Positions 9,617-21,800 of a stretch of 64,000 bases of DNA are shown here, one piece after another. This DNA is from Rubripirellula sp. (GTDB lineage: Bacteria; Planctomycetota; Planctomycetia; Pirellulales; Pirellulaceae), in contig OZ244207.1 in NCBI GenBank assembly GCA_965216875.1, forward strand, positions 1,184,001 to 1,248,000, given 5' to 3'. The stretch's first letter is position 1; every line of letters begins with the position of its first letter. The notes beneath the pieces were generated by a model, which saw only the letters and a program-made list of their open reading frames with translations, was not told the DNA's origin and searched no databases. Both the position numbers and the translations under genes were made by a program.

Positions 9617-10963
9617 CTACTTCGCCTGCAATTCGCTTCTGTGTTTGCCGCCGTTGTCTTGCAGGTACTGGGCGAGTTTTTTGTGTTCGGTTTTGCCGAC
9701 GACTCCGGTGCAGTAGTCCAGTGGTGTGTAGCCTTTGCCTTCTCCGGGCCAACCGTCGTCTCTGGTATCGTTGACGTCGGCGCCGAGTTCGATGAGTAAC
9801 TTGGTCGCTGGCAGGTTCCCTGCGATGGCACAGTGATAAAGGCCTTCGATTCGACAGCCCTTCCCAACCAGATAGCGAATCACCTTTTCGTAATCCCAGT
9901 GGCGATAGGCATGCTGCCAGATCGCGTTGCTTAGGGGCGCGTCTCCGCCGGCGTGAATATCGCCTCCGAATTCAACCAACGCTCGAAAGACCTCGTAAGA
10001 GCAATATTGCTCCGATGCCATTTCGAGAGCCGTGTAGCCTTCGGAGGTTTCGAGGTTGACGTTCATCCCCTGTTGAACGAGGACACGGATCAGCTCGGCC
10101 GAGTTGCATTTGAGTGCCAGGTGCAATGGCGTGTCGCAGTAGGCACCCTCGAGGCGTTCATGGATGACGTTGGGATCGTTCTTGGCCAGTTGGATGGCCT
10201 CTTGCGTTTGTTTGAGCACGATCGCGGTCATGAATGGCGATCCCGCAGCTCCGTTGGCGACGGCGACTTCTCGCAGCGCCTTGCTGCCGGACGTGATGTA
10301 GGCACTGTCTCGGCGAACGTCGGCGCCGTGGTCGATCAACAGTTGAGCGATCGCGTTGCAGCGTTTGGGGACGTACATCAACGGTGTGTGACACGAATCG
10401 GCCTTGGCACCGTGGGGCAAGGCGTCAGGATCGGCGCCGCCATCAAGCAATGCTCGAACCGAACGCAGGTCGCCCGCGATCACCGCATAGTGCAGCGGCG
10501 TCAATCCGCAATAGGGAAGGTCGTTGTAGAAACCGCGATCACCGGTCGGGTCAGCCAATCGAATGCTTCCTTGTGAAGGATCCGATTCGAGGATGGCTTT
10601 GACCGCCTTGGAATCGCGTCGCCAGATCGCGTGAAAGATCGGCTGCTCGCAAACGCCTGCCAAAATCATCGCTTCGACAAGCTGGTTGCGATCGGCTGCT
10701 TTGAGTCCGTCGCGACGAACGATCATTTTGACTGGCCAGTCGTCACTGTGGTTCATGACGAAAACATTGGCGCCAAGTTCAATCAGTACCTTGGCCGTTT
10801 CGATTTGCTCTTTGCCAAGCGCCTTGATGAGCGGGCAATTGATATTGCTGTCCGTGATATTAAGGAGCGACTTGTCATCGGTGACGAGTTTCAAAACGAG
10901 CTTGGTGTCGCCAGCTTTGGCTGCGCGATAAACCGGTTCGTATTTTGGGTCGCCGTCACTCAC
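9617..10963 (-). CDS. ankyrin repeat protein
   Basis: Repeated TPLH/TPLM/TALE motifs with LL..GADxN turns. Confidence 0.9.
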   Translation of the reverse strand: MSDGDPKYEPVYRAAKAGDTKLVLKLVTDDKSLLNITDSNINCPLIKALGKEQIETAKVLIELGANVFVMNHSDDWPVKMIVRRDGLKAADRNQLVEAMILAGVCEQPIFHAIWRRDSKAVKAILESDPSQGSIRLADPTGDRGFYNDLPYCGLTPLHYAVIAGDLRSVRALLDGGADPDALPHGAKADSCHTPLMYVPKRCNAIAQLLIDHGADVRRDSAYITSGSKALREVAVANGAAGSPFMTAIVLKQTQEAIQLAKNDPNVIHERLEGAYCDTPLHLALKCNSAELIRVLVQQGMNVNLETSEGYTALEMASEQYCSYEVFRALVEFGGDIHAGGDAPLSNAIWQHAYRHWDYEKVIRYLVGKGCRIEGLYHCAIAGNLPATKLLIELGADVNDTRDDGWPGEGKGYTPLDYCTGVVGKTEHKKLAQYLQDNGGKHRSELQAK

Positions 10964-11093
10964 TTGTTCACCTCTTTGCTGAGCACATCATAAGCGAATG
11001 CACGCATTTCGTTGCTCGCTTGGGGGGCCTGAATCGTGACCTAAGCTTGCTCGAAGCATTTTCAAAAGGTATGCCCAAATCGGACGCAAGCTG

Positions 11094-12617
11094 ATGCGCA
11101 CTGTCAAAATCGTTCTTATCGTACTCGTCGCTGTCTTTGTCATGATTCCAATGACTGGAATCGTGTTGCTTACGGCAATTGCAGCGGTCGGAGCGAACGC
11201 AAACGAGAAGTTCGAAGAGATCAATGCAACTCTGGTCACTGCGAGTTCACCTGAGCTGACAGGGCCAAGAACCACGGTTGGGAACGTCACGCTTGTCAGC
11301 GATGCGTCGATTCCCGAGTTTCAAGTCAAGCAAGTGGCCGAAACGTTGGCGTCGAAACTGCTGCTTGGCTCAAGCGAGATGGACCATCTCTACCGCATGT
11401 CGGCCAATCGAAACGGATACCGACTGACAAACCTCACGCGTATGGCGACCGAAGGCTGCGAGCAGTTTCGACCGATCAACGAGTTCGTTGCGACGATCCT
11501 TAGTTTTGAGTGTTTTGATGGCGGTCAAGTCGAAGTCGTTTCGCTGCCGAACAACGGAGCGGGCGAATTCGTTTCGACCAAGCGAGCTGACGTGGTTACT
11601 TGTTGGGTCGATGAGATCAGTAGCGTCTTTTTTGGCCAAGAAGAGACCGAGGAAACAATCGCAAACGTGGTCGCGACCATTCGCTCGACCGGTTTGCTCG
11701 AGGATGGCCAACAACCAAAACACTTCTTCTTGCGACGAAGCGATCAAGGCGGCGAGATTTCATTTGTGAGTGCTGCCGCGGCGGTGGATCAAATCGATCC
11801 CGAAGTGCTTAAGGCAACGATGCGTGAACGTGCGTTGATGTTGAGTTTGACGTTGTTCGATGGTGCGCCTTGCAAGTTCTCGCTGACCGGTATTGGCTTT
11901 GACGAACTGGCATCTTTCGAGCACGATCCGCCGTTCCAGGCTCGATGTGCGTCGCGAAACGGATGCATGTTGGTCTTGTCTGACGGCACGGTGTCGCTCG
12001 AAGCAGTCGAGGCAATCGCCGCCAAACTAATGAACTTTCCAGGACGTGAACTAAAGATGGATCTTTGGGTCCGCAGCGTTGACGGCAAGAACACCGTGTT
12101 GGTGCCACTGCTGCGCGGCGACAAGCTTGACGCCGAAACCTTCCAGATACTGGAACATGTCAACGGCATGACCATCAAAGGAGAATTGCCGCTTGACCAA
12201 TCTCTGGAGATGGTTTGCTGCGACCTGGAGTTCAAAGAGTATCGATCGTTTTCGGTTGAAGACTACGTGGGGCCGACGATCATTCGAAACAACAATCGGC
12301 TTCACTATTGGTACCCGTTCGAGGAACCCTTTGCCAACGAAGTCGCCGACTACCTTGAACGCGAAGGCGTCTTTACGGACCAGCAATCGTTTCGATTCGA
12401 AATTTTCGGCTCAGAAGATCCTGCAGAACCACCGATGATTCAGGTCTACATTGACCCTCAAACGCTCGATGCCAAAGGGTACGAGATCTTCGAAACCTTC
12501 GGCAGAAAGATGATGGCCGACCTTTTCGCTGAGCAAACGGTTCGGTTTCGGATTGTCGATATGCTTGGCCAGACCGTGAAGTCGTTCACTCAGGAAGGCA
12601 TCGCCCCGGCCGAGTAA
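11094..12617 (+). CDS. hypothetical N-terminally membrane-anchored protein
   Basis: 507-aa ORF with a long hydrophobic N-terminus. Confidence 0.75.
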   Translation: MRTVKIVLIVLVAVFVMIPMTGIVLLTAIAAVGANANEKFEEINATLVTASSPELTGPRTTVGNVTLVSDASIPEFQVKQVAETLASKLLLGSSEMDHLYRMSANRNGYRLTNLTRMATEGCEQFRPINEFVATILSFECFDGGQVEVVSLPNNGAGEFVSTKRADVVTCWVDEISSVFFGQEETEETIANVVATIRSTGLLEDGQQPKHFFLRRSDQGGEISFVSAAAAVDQIDPEVLKATMRERALMLSLTLFDGAPCKFSLTGIGFDELASFEHDPPFQARCASRNGCMLVLSDGTVSLEAVEAIAAKLMNFPGRELKMDLWVRSVDGKNTVLVPLLRGDKLDAETFQILEHVNGMTIKGELPLDQSLEMVCCDLEFKEYRSFSVEDYVGPTIIRNNNRLHYWYPFEEPFANEVADYLEREGVFTDQQSFRFEIFGSEDPAEPPMIQVYIDPQTLDAKGYEIFETFGRKMMADLFAEQTVRFRIVDMLGQTVKSFTQEGIAPAE

Positions 12618-12651
12618 AACGGTCGGTCGCGCGGTCGCCTCAACTTCGCTG

Positions 12652-13794
12652 CTAGACGAAAAGCGACTGGAAGACGACCCAGCGTGCGGTGAGCAGCGTC
12701 AACAAGAGACAGCACCACCACGAGGCCATTTGAGCGACGGGGCGACGGTGCAGGCAATAGAGAATGCTGATCGACGTTCCGGTAACGACAAACTTGAAGA
12801 GTGTCAGCTGCGCCGGGTCGGTGATCAACTTGCTTCCAAGTGGATTCAGTTCACGCATTGCCCCGGCCTGTGTCGCGGCAATCGTCCAGACGAGGTCGAC
12901 GCACGACAAGAGTGCGATGATGACCAACGATTTCACGACGATGGGACGCGCCGCGTTTTCTTCGTCAGAGTCGATGCCAGGCCGATGATTCAATAGATGA
13001 CCAAATCCAAACACCACCACAATCATTGCAAAGATGGTCAGTGGGTACGAGAGTTTGGAAAGCAGCTGATTCGCTGAGGCGATCTCGTACCCTGCGGCTT
13101 CCGCCGCATCGGCTTCGGCAAGTTCGGCTTCAGCACGCGTTGTGAATTCGAGGTCTGGCTCGAATTCGGCAATGAGTCGATTCCAAGATGCTTGATGGCT
13201 GGTCGAGAAAGTGATTGGGGGATCGACGTGTCGAGCCTCGACAAGTGCGGTAAGGAGAGCTTCGCCGCCGTGGTTGGGGTACAGCACCATTGGTTCGCTG
13301 TCTTTGAAGAGAACGACCAGCGCGCCAACATTGGCTTGTTCGAGCAAGTCTTGCATCCGGACCATCGCGATGTCGTCGCGCGAGCGTCCACGTCGCCGAC
13401 CCATTCCTGGTCGACGTCCTTGACCCGCACCGGGGCCAAAGTCGCGTTCCTGCCCGGGACCGGGACCGAAGCCGCGTTCGATTGCGGTGTCACCTCCTTC
13501 TTGCTGTGCGCGACGCAGCGAAACGCGAGCGATATCGACGTCCGACACCTCAGCGGTCGACCCGAGGTACTTGGTGGAATAGGTCTTGGCGTTGATTTTG
13601 AAGTTCTTGGCGTTGACCTGCAGGTCGTAGGGAGCACTGATGTACTTGCCGTCGATAAACAGATAGCCCGGTTGCATGGTGTTCACGTAGGGACCCTGCG
13701 CGACCGACGCGCTTTGTCCAGACGCAAGAAAGGCGACAGCTGTTGTTGCGATGATGCAGAGTGCGCGAGTCACGTTGTTTCCATTTATGCGCAT
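12652..13794 (-). CDS. membrane protein with DUF5658-like C-terminal domain
   Basis: Signal peptide; C-terminal TM helices with VDLVWT...RELNPLG; GGAG RBS before ATG 13794. Confidence 0.7.
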   Translation of the reverse strand: MRINGNNVTRALCIIATTAVAFLASGQSASVAQGPYVNTMQPGYLFIDGKYISAPYDLQVNAKNFKINAKTYSTKYLGSTAEVSDVDIARVSLRRAQQEGGDTAIERGFGPGPGQERDFGPGAGQGRRPGMGRRRGRSRDDIAMVRMQDLLEQANVGALVVLFKDSEPMVLYPNHGGEALLTALVEARHVDPPITFSTSHQASWNRLIAEFEPDLEFTTRAEAELAEADAAEAAGYEIASANQLLSKLSYPLTIFAMIVVVFGFGHLLNHRPGIDSDEENAARPIVVKSLVIIALLSCVDLVWTIAATQAGAMRELNPLGSKLITDPAQLTLFKFVVTGTSISILYCLHRRPVAQMASWWCCLLLTLLTARWVVFQSLFV

Positions 13795-14244
13795 GCGAAG
13801 CTCCAATAATTCTCAACCATGTTGACCCGCGCTCATGTCCGTTTTGAACCCAATAGTGACGCCCGAGTTTCGGGCGTGGGTTGCAAATTTGCGCGTCCCA
13901 GGTGGCGTGGTCGGCATCCCCAAAGAGTGGGCGCCCTCACTGACGAGGGCGAAAAGTGCCTGGCTGGATTTTGCAGCCGAAACCACGTCTCGCGAAACGA
14001 CGTTCCCCTATGTGATGGAAACGCGTTTGCGATCAAAAGATCGACAGGAAAATCGGAAATCGGAGCGATTTTTCGCTAAGGGGTGGCTAGATCGCGTTCC
14101 CTGTCCGATTTCGGCGTTTTCTACTACGATTTCAGAGGACGAATCTCAGGCTAATTCGCTTCCTGCCGCGATCGATAGCCGACAACGCGTTTTGCGGTCG
14201 CTTCCCCAGCTTCTGCGGCTGGCCACACCTCACAACCAACAAAA

Positions 14245-16041
<1,797 letters not shown>

Positions 16042-16118
16042 GTGCAACGGAGTGTCGCTTTGACCATCGGCTGGCGACGGTCGCACATGAATACAACCGT
16101 CGCTAGGGATCGACACTG

Positions 16119-17018
16119 ATGGATGAAACTTCAAATGAACCCGAGGTCGTGTTTCAATCACGAACCAAAGGTCCCTGTATGGAGGCACGTTTCGTTCTCG
16201 AGTCGGTTGGCATTCGCGCCCAGTCGATGCGGCTCGATGGGCAGTGGTGTTTGCTTGTGCCGCCCGACCAAGCAAGCGAGGCGCTTCGTGAGCTTGCAGG
16301 TTATCAACGCGATCTCGAACAAGAGGCCTTGCCACCGCCCGCACCGGTCAAGACCTACCAAGGCGCCGTGTTCGGTGTCGTCGGGTACGTTGCGATCCTG
16401 ATTGCGGTGGCTGCTGTTTCGTCCGATCCCGAAACGCGTCAAACGTGGGTTTCCGCGGGCAAGATGTTGGCCGGCGAAGTGATGGCGGGGCAATGGTCGC
16501 GAAGCGTCACTGCGCTGACCCTGCATGCCGATGTGGGGCATCTTTTGTCGAATGTTGGTTATGGTGCCGTGTTCGGGTTACTCGTCGGCCGAGTCCTGGG
16601 TGGCGGCGTTGGCTGGCTGACGATCCTTGTTGCCGGCGCACTGGGCAATACGATCAATGCGTTTTTTCGCGATGCTGACCACGGATCGATCGGAGCGTCG
16701 ACAGCCGTTTTCGCGGCGCTCGGGGTGCTGGTCTCACACGCCCTGCGTCCTCGCAGTCATGCGCAAGAGAAGTTGATGAAACGGTGGGCACCTTTGATTG
16801 GCGGCGTCCTACTGATGGCCTTTACAGGTATCAGTGGTGAACGCACGGATGTTGGAGCGCATACGGCAGGATTCATCGCCGGGATGGCACTCGGTTACAT
16901 TGCCTGTCGAACGCCTGAGCGATTACTGGGCAACTTGCGAGTGCAGGCGATATGCGGCTTCGTTGCTTTCGCAATCGTTGTATTCGCTTGGGTCGTCGCA
17001 GTTGTTAATGTCGCCTAA
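16119..17018 (+). CDS. rhomboid family intramembrane serine protease
   Basis: HADVGHLLSN, IGAS (catalytic Ser), AHTAG (catalytic His). Confidence 0.9.
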   Translation: MDETSNEPEVVFQSRTKGPCMEARFVLESVGIRAQSMRLDGQWCLLVPPDQASEALRELAGYQRDLEQEALPPPAPVKTYQGAVFGVVGYVAILIAVAAVSSDPETRQTWVSAGKMLAGEVMAGQWSRSVTALTLHADVGHLLSNVGYGAVFGLLVGRVLGGGVGWLTILVAGALGNTINAFFRDADHGSIGASTAVFAALGVLVSHALRPRSHAQEKLMKRWAPLIGGVLLMAFTGISGERTDVGAHTAGFIAGMALGYIACRTPERLLGNLRVQAICGFVAFAIVVFAWVVAVVNVA

Positions 17019-17270
17019 CAAGAGAATCGCTGGTTTCCGCGGGTAGAAAGCAGGTTTTGGCCGCTGGTGATTTTTGGGCTGTGCTCCCTATCCGCTCTCT
17101 AGTGTCGGATGGTTCGCCCTTTTCTAATGCGCGTGCGGAGGTTGGTCGCAGCCTCTTTCTTCAGCAGTCTGACACCGCTAAGTTGTTGAGGTTAGGCGGC
17201 GATGGCAGCGAGACTCGTTGCCCTGAATCATCGTTTCCCGAATCTAGAATCGTGAACGCAGAGCGACGCC

Positions 17271-18467
17271 ATGCCAGATTTTTATCAACATGAACTCATT
17301 ACAACGATTCATGATCTGAGAACGGGTCAAATTGACCGGTTGGAAGACATGCTTCGCAAGTCGACGCAGCAGTCCAAGATTGGCTTGGTGCTGCCCGTGA
17401 CCGCATCGGACATGCGGGCCGAGCCGTTCGAGCGGATTGTTGGCGAATTGGTCGAGGCCGATTATGTCCATACGATCGTCGTTACGTTAGGCGTTGCACC
17501 AGACAAATCGGACTACGAGGAAACGGTTGCCAAAGTCGCGCCGCTTGGTGGTCGTGCTCGCGTGCTCTGGACCGACGGGCCCGAGATTCAATCGCTGTAT
17601 CAAGAGTTGATCGATAGCGGCATCCCTGTCTCGACACCTGGCAAGGGACGCAGCGTTTGGACCGCCTTCGGTTACTTGTTGGCAGATCCCGACATCGACA
17701 ACTTCGTACTGCATGATTGCGACATCGTCGATTACGACCGCTATCTGTTGGCTCGGCTTTGCCTGCCAATGGTTCACCCGGCTCTCGATTTTGAGTTTTG
17801 CAAAGCCTACTACGCTCGTGTGACCGACCGGATGCACGGCCGCGTGGTCCGTTTGTTGGTCGCCCCTCTGATCCGCGCGTTGATGCAGATCTTTCCAACA
17901 AGTCGATTCATTCAATTCCTATCGAATTTTCGATACCCGCTGTCGGGTGAGTTTTCTTTGACGCGAAACTTGGCTCGTACCAACCGCATTCCGAGTGATT
18001 GGGGATTAGAAGTTGGCACACTCGCCGAAGTCTTCCGCAACACTTCACTCAAACGCGTCTGTCAAACGGACCTTTGCAGGCTCTACGAACACAAGCACCA
18101 AGTGCTGTCGTTGGAAGACAAGAATGCGGGCCTGATCAAGATGGCCAACGACATCCTGACGACGATCTATCGCACGCTCGCCAGCCAAGGCGTTGTACTG
18201 AGCGATTCGACTTTCATTTCGTTGCGATCCTCCTATTTGCGAATCGCCCAAGATTGCATTCGCCAATACGCAGCCGATGCGCTGGTGAACGATTTGATTT
18301 ACGATCGCCACGCCGAAGAGGCGGCAATTGATGCATTCGCGCAGTGTGTCACCGAAGCGGGAGACGTCTTCCGAGCCGATCCCAACGGAGCCGAGGCGAT
18401 TCCTAACTGGACGCGTGTCCGAGCAGCGTTCCCCGACTTCACCGAGCGACTGCGTGAAGCAACGTAG
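17271..18467 (+). CDS. glycosyltransferase, glucosyl-3-phosphoglycerate synthase-like
   Basis: GKGRSVW, HDCDI, HGRV.RL, YPLSGEF, DWGLEVG, YEHKHQ. Confidence 0.8.
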   Translation: MPDFYQHELITTIHDLRTGQIDRLEDMLRKSTQQSKIGLVLPVTASDMRAEPFERIVGELVEADYVHTIVVTLGVAPDKSDYEETVAKVAPLGGRARVLWTDGPEIQSLYQELIDSGIPVSTPGKGRSVWTAFGYLLADPDIDNFVLHDCDIVDYDRYLLARLCLPMVHPALDFEFCKAYYARVTDRMHGRVVRLLVAPLIRALMQIFPTSRFIQFLSNFRYPLSGEFSLTRNLARTNRIPSDWGLEVGTLAEVFRNTSLKRVCQTDLCRLYEHKHQVLSLEDKNAGLIKMANDILTTIYRTLASQGVVLSDSTFISLRSSYLRIAQDCIRQYAADALVNDLIYDRHAEEAAIDAFAQCVTEAGDVFRADPNGAEAIPNWTRVRAAFPDFTERLREAT

Positions 18468-18488
18468 CGCCGTTCCGTCGGAAGAGCG

Positions 18489-18758
18489 AACCACGAATGG
18501 AACGAATCACACGAATAAGTTCTCGGCAGGGCGAGGCTCCCGCCGAGCTTCTTCGCTTGCGAAACTGATTGGCCACAAAAAACACAAGAACGCACAAAAA
18601 GAAGCGATCCAATCGTGCCCTGAATTTTTGTGTCTTCTTGTGTTTCTCGTGGCCCACTCTTCAAAAATGCCAGGGACCACGAACCAACCGCATTGCTCAC
18701 AAAAAGACGCGATCCAATCGAACGCTGGATTATTGTGCGGTTTCGTGTTTTTGTGGCT
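18489..18758. repeat. REP-like mosaic repeat cluster between convergent genes
   Basis: AACCACGAAT..., GGGCGAGGCTCCCGCCGAGC, inverted GCCACAAAAAACAC/GTGTTTCTCGTGGC; homologous to 9516-9612. Confidence 0.75.
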
Positions 18759-18849
18759 CACCCTTCTTCATGACCGAACACGGATTCTGCGTCGCGGACC
18801 ATCTCGGCCAGCGGCTGAGGCGATCCGCGGGTGGGTTCAATCACGCATC

Positions 18850-21800
18850 CTACAACGGCTTGTTGAAACGAGACCTAAAGTCGGCAAAGTCAAACAACGT
18901 TGCGTTGGTGTCGTCGTCCATGTCGAACACTTCAAGGAGGGTTTGATTGGTGAAATAGTCGCGGAACTTGGCAAAGTCGAACAAGTTGACGGTTTCACCA
19001 CCATCGGCATCACCGAAGAGCCGGAAAAAGTTGTCGACTTTATCGACGCCGGACTCGGTTCCGTTGGCATCAATCCCGAGTTTTGCTCCATCGATGGTCA
19101 ATCGGTAGCGACCATCTTCAATGGTAGGAAGGATCCCTGGTTGGTTTTCCGACTTGTCTTCGATCAGCGTTGTTCCGGTGAACCCAAGGATCACGATTTG
19201 TTTGCCATTGACCACCTGCGAGCTCAAGACACTCAGCCCCACTTGCGTACCCGGCGAAACGGTCGTCGATTCGACAATGAAACTATCGTCAGTGATGGGG
19301 CCAACCGGCACACTTACCGGGCCTGTGAAGGTCACTTCGATTTGCCGAATGATCGATCGTTGCCCTGTGGAATCAGGTGATAAGTCTGCTTCCGCGTTGG
19401 CGTTCTTGTTGAAGTAGATGATGCTCTCTACCTCGGGCGTCGATGGAGTGTCATCGTTTTCGATCAAGCCATCAGCAGTGCTGATGTCCAGCAAGAGTGG
19501 ACTTGTCGGGTTGCTCAACGTCACGGTAAAGCCTTCATCTGGCTCGACGGTGGCGTCGCCTACGACATCAATCGTCAGTACCGTACTCGTCTGTCCCGCT
19601 GGGATCGTGACCTGTCCCGAGGGAAGGATCCCATCGTCAAAGTCGTCGGCGTCCGCGGGATCGCTGCCGCTTCCGGTGACGGCGAAATCAGCTGTCACTG
19701 GATCGGTTGTGGGACCTGTGCGCGAAACGGTAAAGGTAAAGGCGATGGTTGCCGAATCACCTTCGTCTTTGGACGCATCGAGCGGAGATATCGAAATCAA
19801 ATTCGCTTCGAACGCTCCAATGTCAACGCGAACGCCGTTCAATCGGGCAAACCCGCTGCCTCGCTGATCCGAGGTTGGGATCGCAGCCGTATCGCCTGCA
19901 TCCAAGGCTGGGCTTGTCGCCTCGAGCGCGTGCGTGTCGGTCAACCCACCATTGTTGGCAAGCGGTAGCAGCCCAGGGGCGGTGACACCGTTTTGGTCCG
20001 TCGTGAGATTGAAAACGCTTGCGGCATTACCCGTTCCGATGAGGTTGAATCCATTCGAAGTGAACGTGTTTGTGCCAGAACCCGCAAGCAGGTTGTCGAC
20101 ATCGCTATTGGCGTTGCCGGAGATGATGCTTGAGAGAACCTGCAGGTCGGAGACGTAGGTTCCATTGTTGTTGCCCGCGACCCCACTCCCAAATCCGTCC
20201 GGGGCGACGTTGCCGGTGATCGTGCTGTGACGGATGTGCGTCGTACCCTGGAAGATTGAAATACCACCACCGTTGCCGATCGATGTCGTGTTACCTGAAA
20301 TGGTTGAGTTGGAGATGGTCATCGAATTCGTCGTTGACCCGAACAAGACGCCACCGCCACGGACACCGGCGGAGTTGCCGGAAATGGTCGTGCCCGAGAT
20401 CGTTGTTTCGCCGCCTGAGGAAACGACACCACCGCCGAGCCCACCAACGGCAGAGTTACGCGATATCGTGCTGTCTTCGATCTGAAGCGAACCTTCAATC
20501 ACAAACAGTCCGCCGCCGATGCCTTGCCCCGAGGACGGATCGGTGGCGTTTTGATCAATCAGGCTTCGGCGAATTTCGACGTTAGCGTTTTCGGCGTAGA
20601 TGCCACCTGAAAATGCGTTGAATCCGGTAGCGCTGTTGTTGGCGATTACCGAATCTTCGATGACCAGTGCTTCGGATCCTGATCCGAATAAGAAGACGCC
20701 ACCACCATTGGCTGAGCCGCCCGATACGTGATTGTTAATGAGGTTCACGTCACGGAGGGTCAAGTCGCCTGTCGAATTGATCGCACCACCCGATCCAGGA
20801 TGCACCGTTCTGGATGAGTGGCCGCCAGTGAGGGTGAGTCCTTCGAGCTCGACAAAGAGCGAGCCACTCAAGTCGTGTAACTCGAACACTCGGAAGCTAC
20901 CGTTGGCGTCGATGGTCATGTTCGATGCACCGGGGCCAGAAATGATCAAGTCGTCGGTCACCGAGAGCTGCTCGATTTGCAAGGTGATCGCGCCACCAGA
21001 AAGTGCTGGGGCGAAGACAATTTGGTCGGTGCCAGGACGCGTATTGGCCAGGTCGATCGCCTCACGAAGCGACAGGTCGTTTGCCGAGTAGTCACCGTCA
21101 ATCTCGTCGGTCAAGGTATCGACGATGAATGGGTCGGCGGTCACGATTGCGACGCGATGGTCTTCGACTTCGCCATTGGGTGCGAATCCAATGACGCCTA
21201 GCCCGCCGCCTGTGCTGACTCGGAATCTGGCAAAGGAGTAACCGTTTTCAACATTGGCTCCGGTGTCTTGGGGAACCGAAAAAGTGAGTGTTTGAACGCC
21301 GTCGGTTGTCCCAAGATCGAAGTTCGCAAAGATCTGTTCACCTGGGTCCGACCAATCTCCATCGCGATTAAAGTCAATCCAAGCATCAAGCCGGTTGGCA
21401 GTCGCGTTTGCATTGCTCAGCTGGACTTCCACCGAGGCCGTGCTCGCGCCCGTTGGCGAAGCGATGATCGGCGAAAGGAAAGTGACGCCGTCTTCGTCAT
21501 CAGAGCCGTTGTCGTCGTCAAAGGACGCGTCGACAGAATTGACTCCGTCTAACTCTGCTTCACGGGACAGACCGAGGACGGGGCCCGTGTTTGTGTGGCG
21601 CGCTCCATTGTCGCTGAGCGTTACCGGATAGGTTGCGGCGAAACCACTTTGACTACTGCTTGCGGCATCGCCGAAATCAAGCGTTGCCGCGCCGTCATTG
21701 TCGGTGATCAACACATCTTCGGTCGCGTAAAGCGGTTTCACGCCTGTATTGATTTTCGTCACGCGAAGGTCGCCGCCGCCGCCGGCCAGGACAAGCAGGT

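Noticed and set aside
13810..14244. ORFs or ncRNA upstream of lepA
   Set aside because: Divergent promoter region; ORFs lack motifs and I recognised no RNA family.
18328..19380. 350-aa plus-strand ORF
   Set aside because: Crosses a repeat cluster and is antisense to the giant secreted protein.
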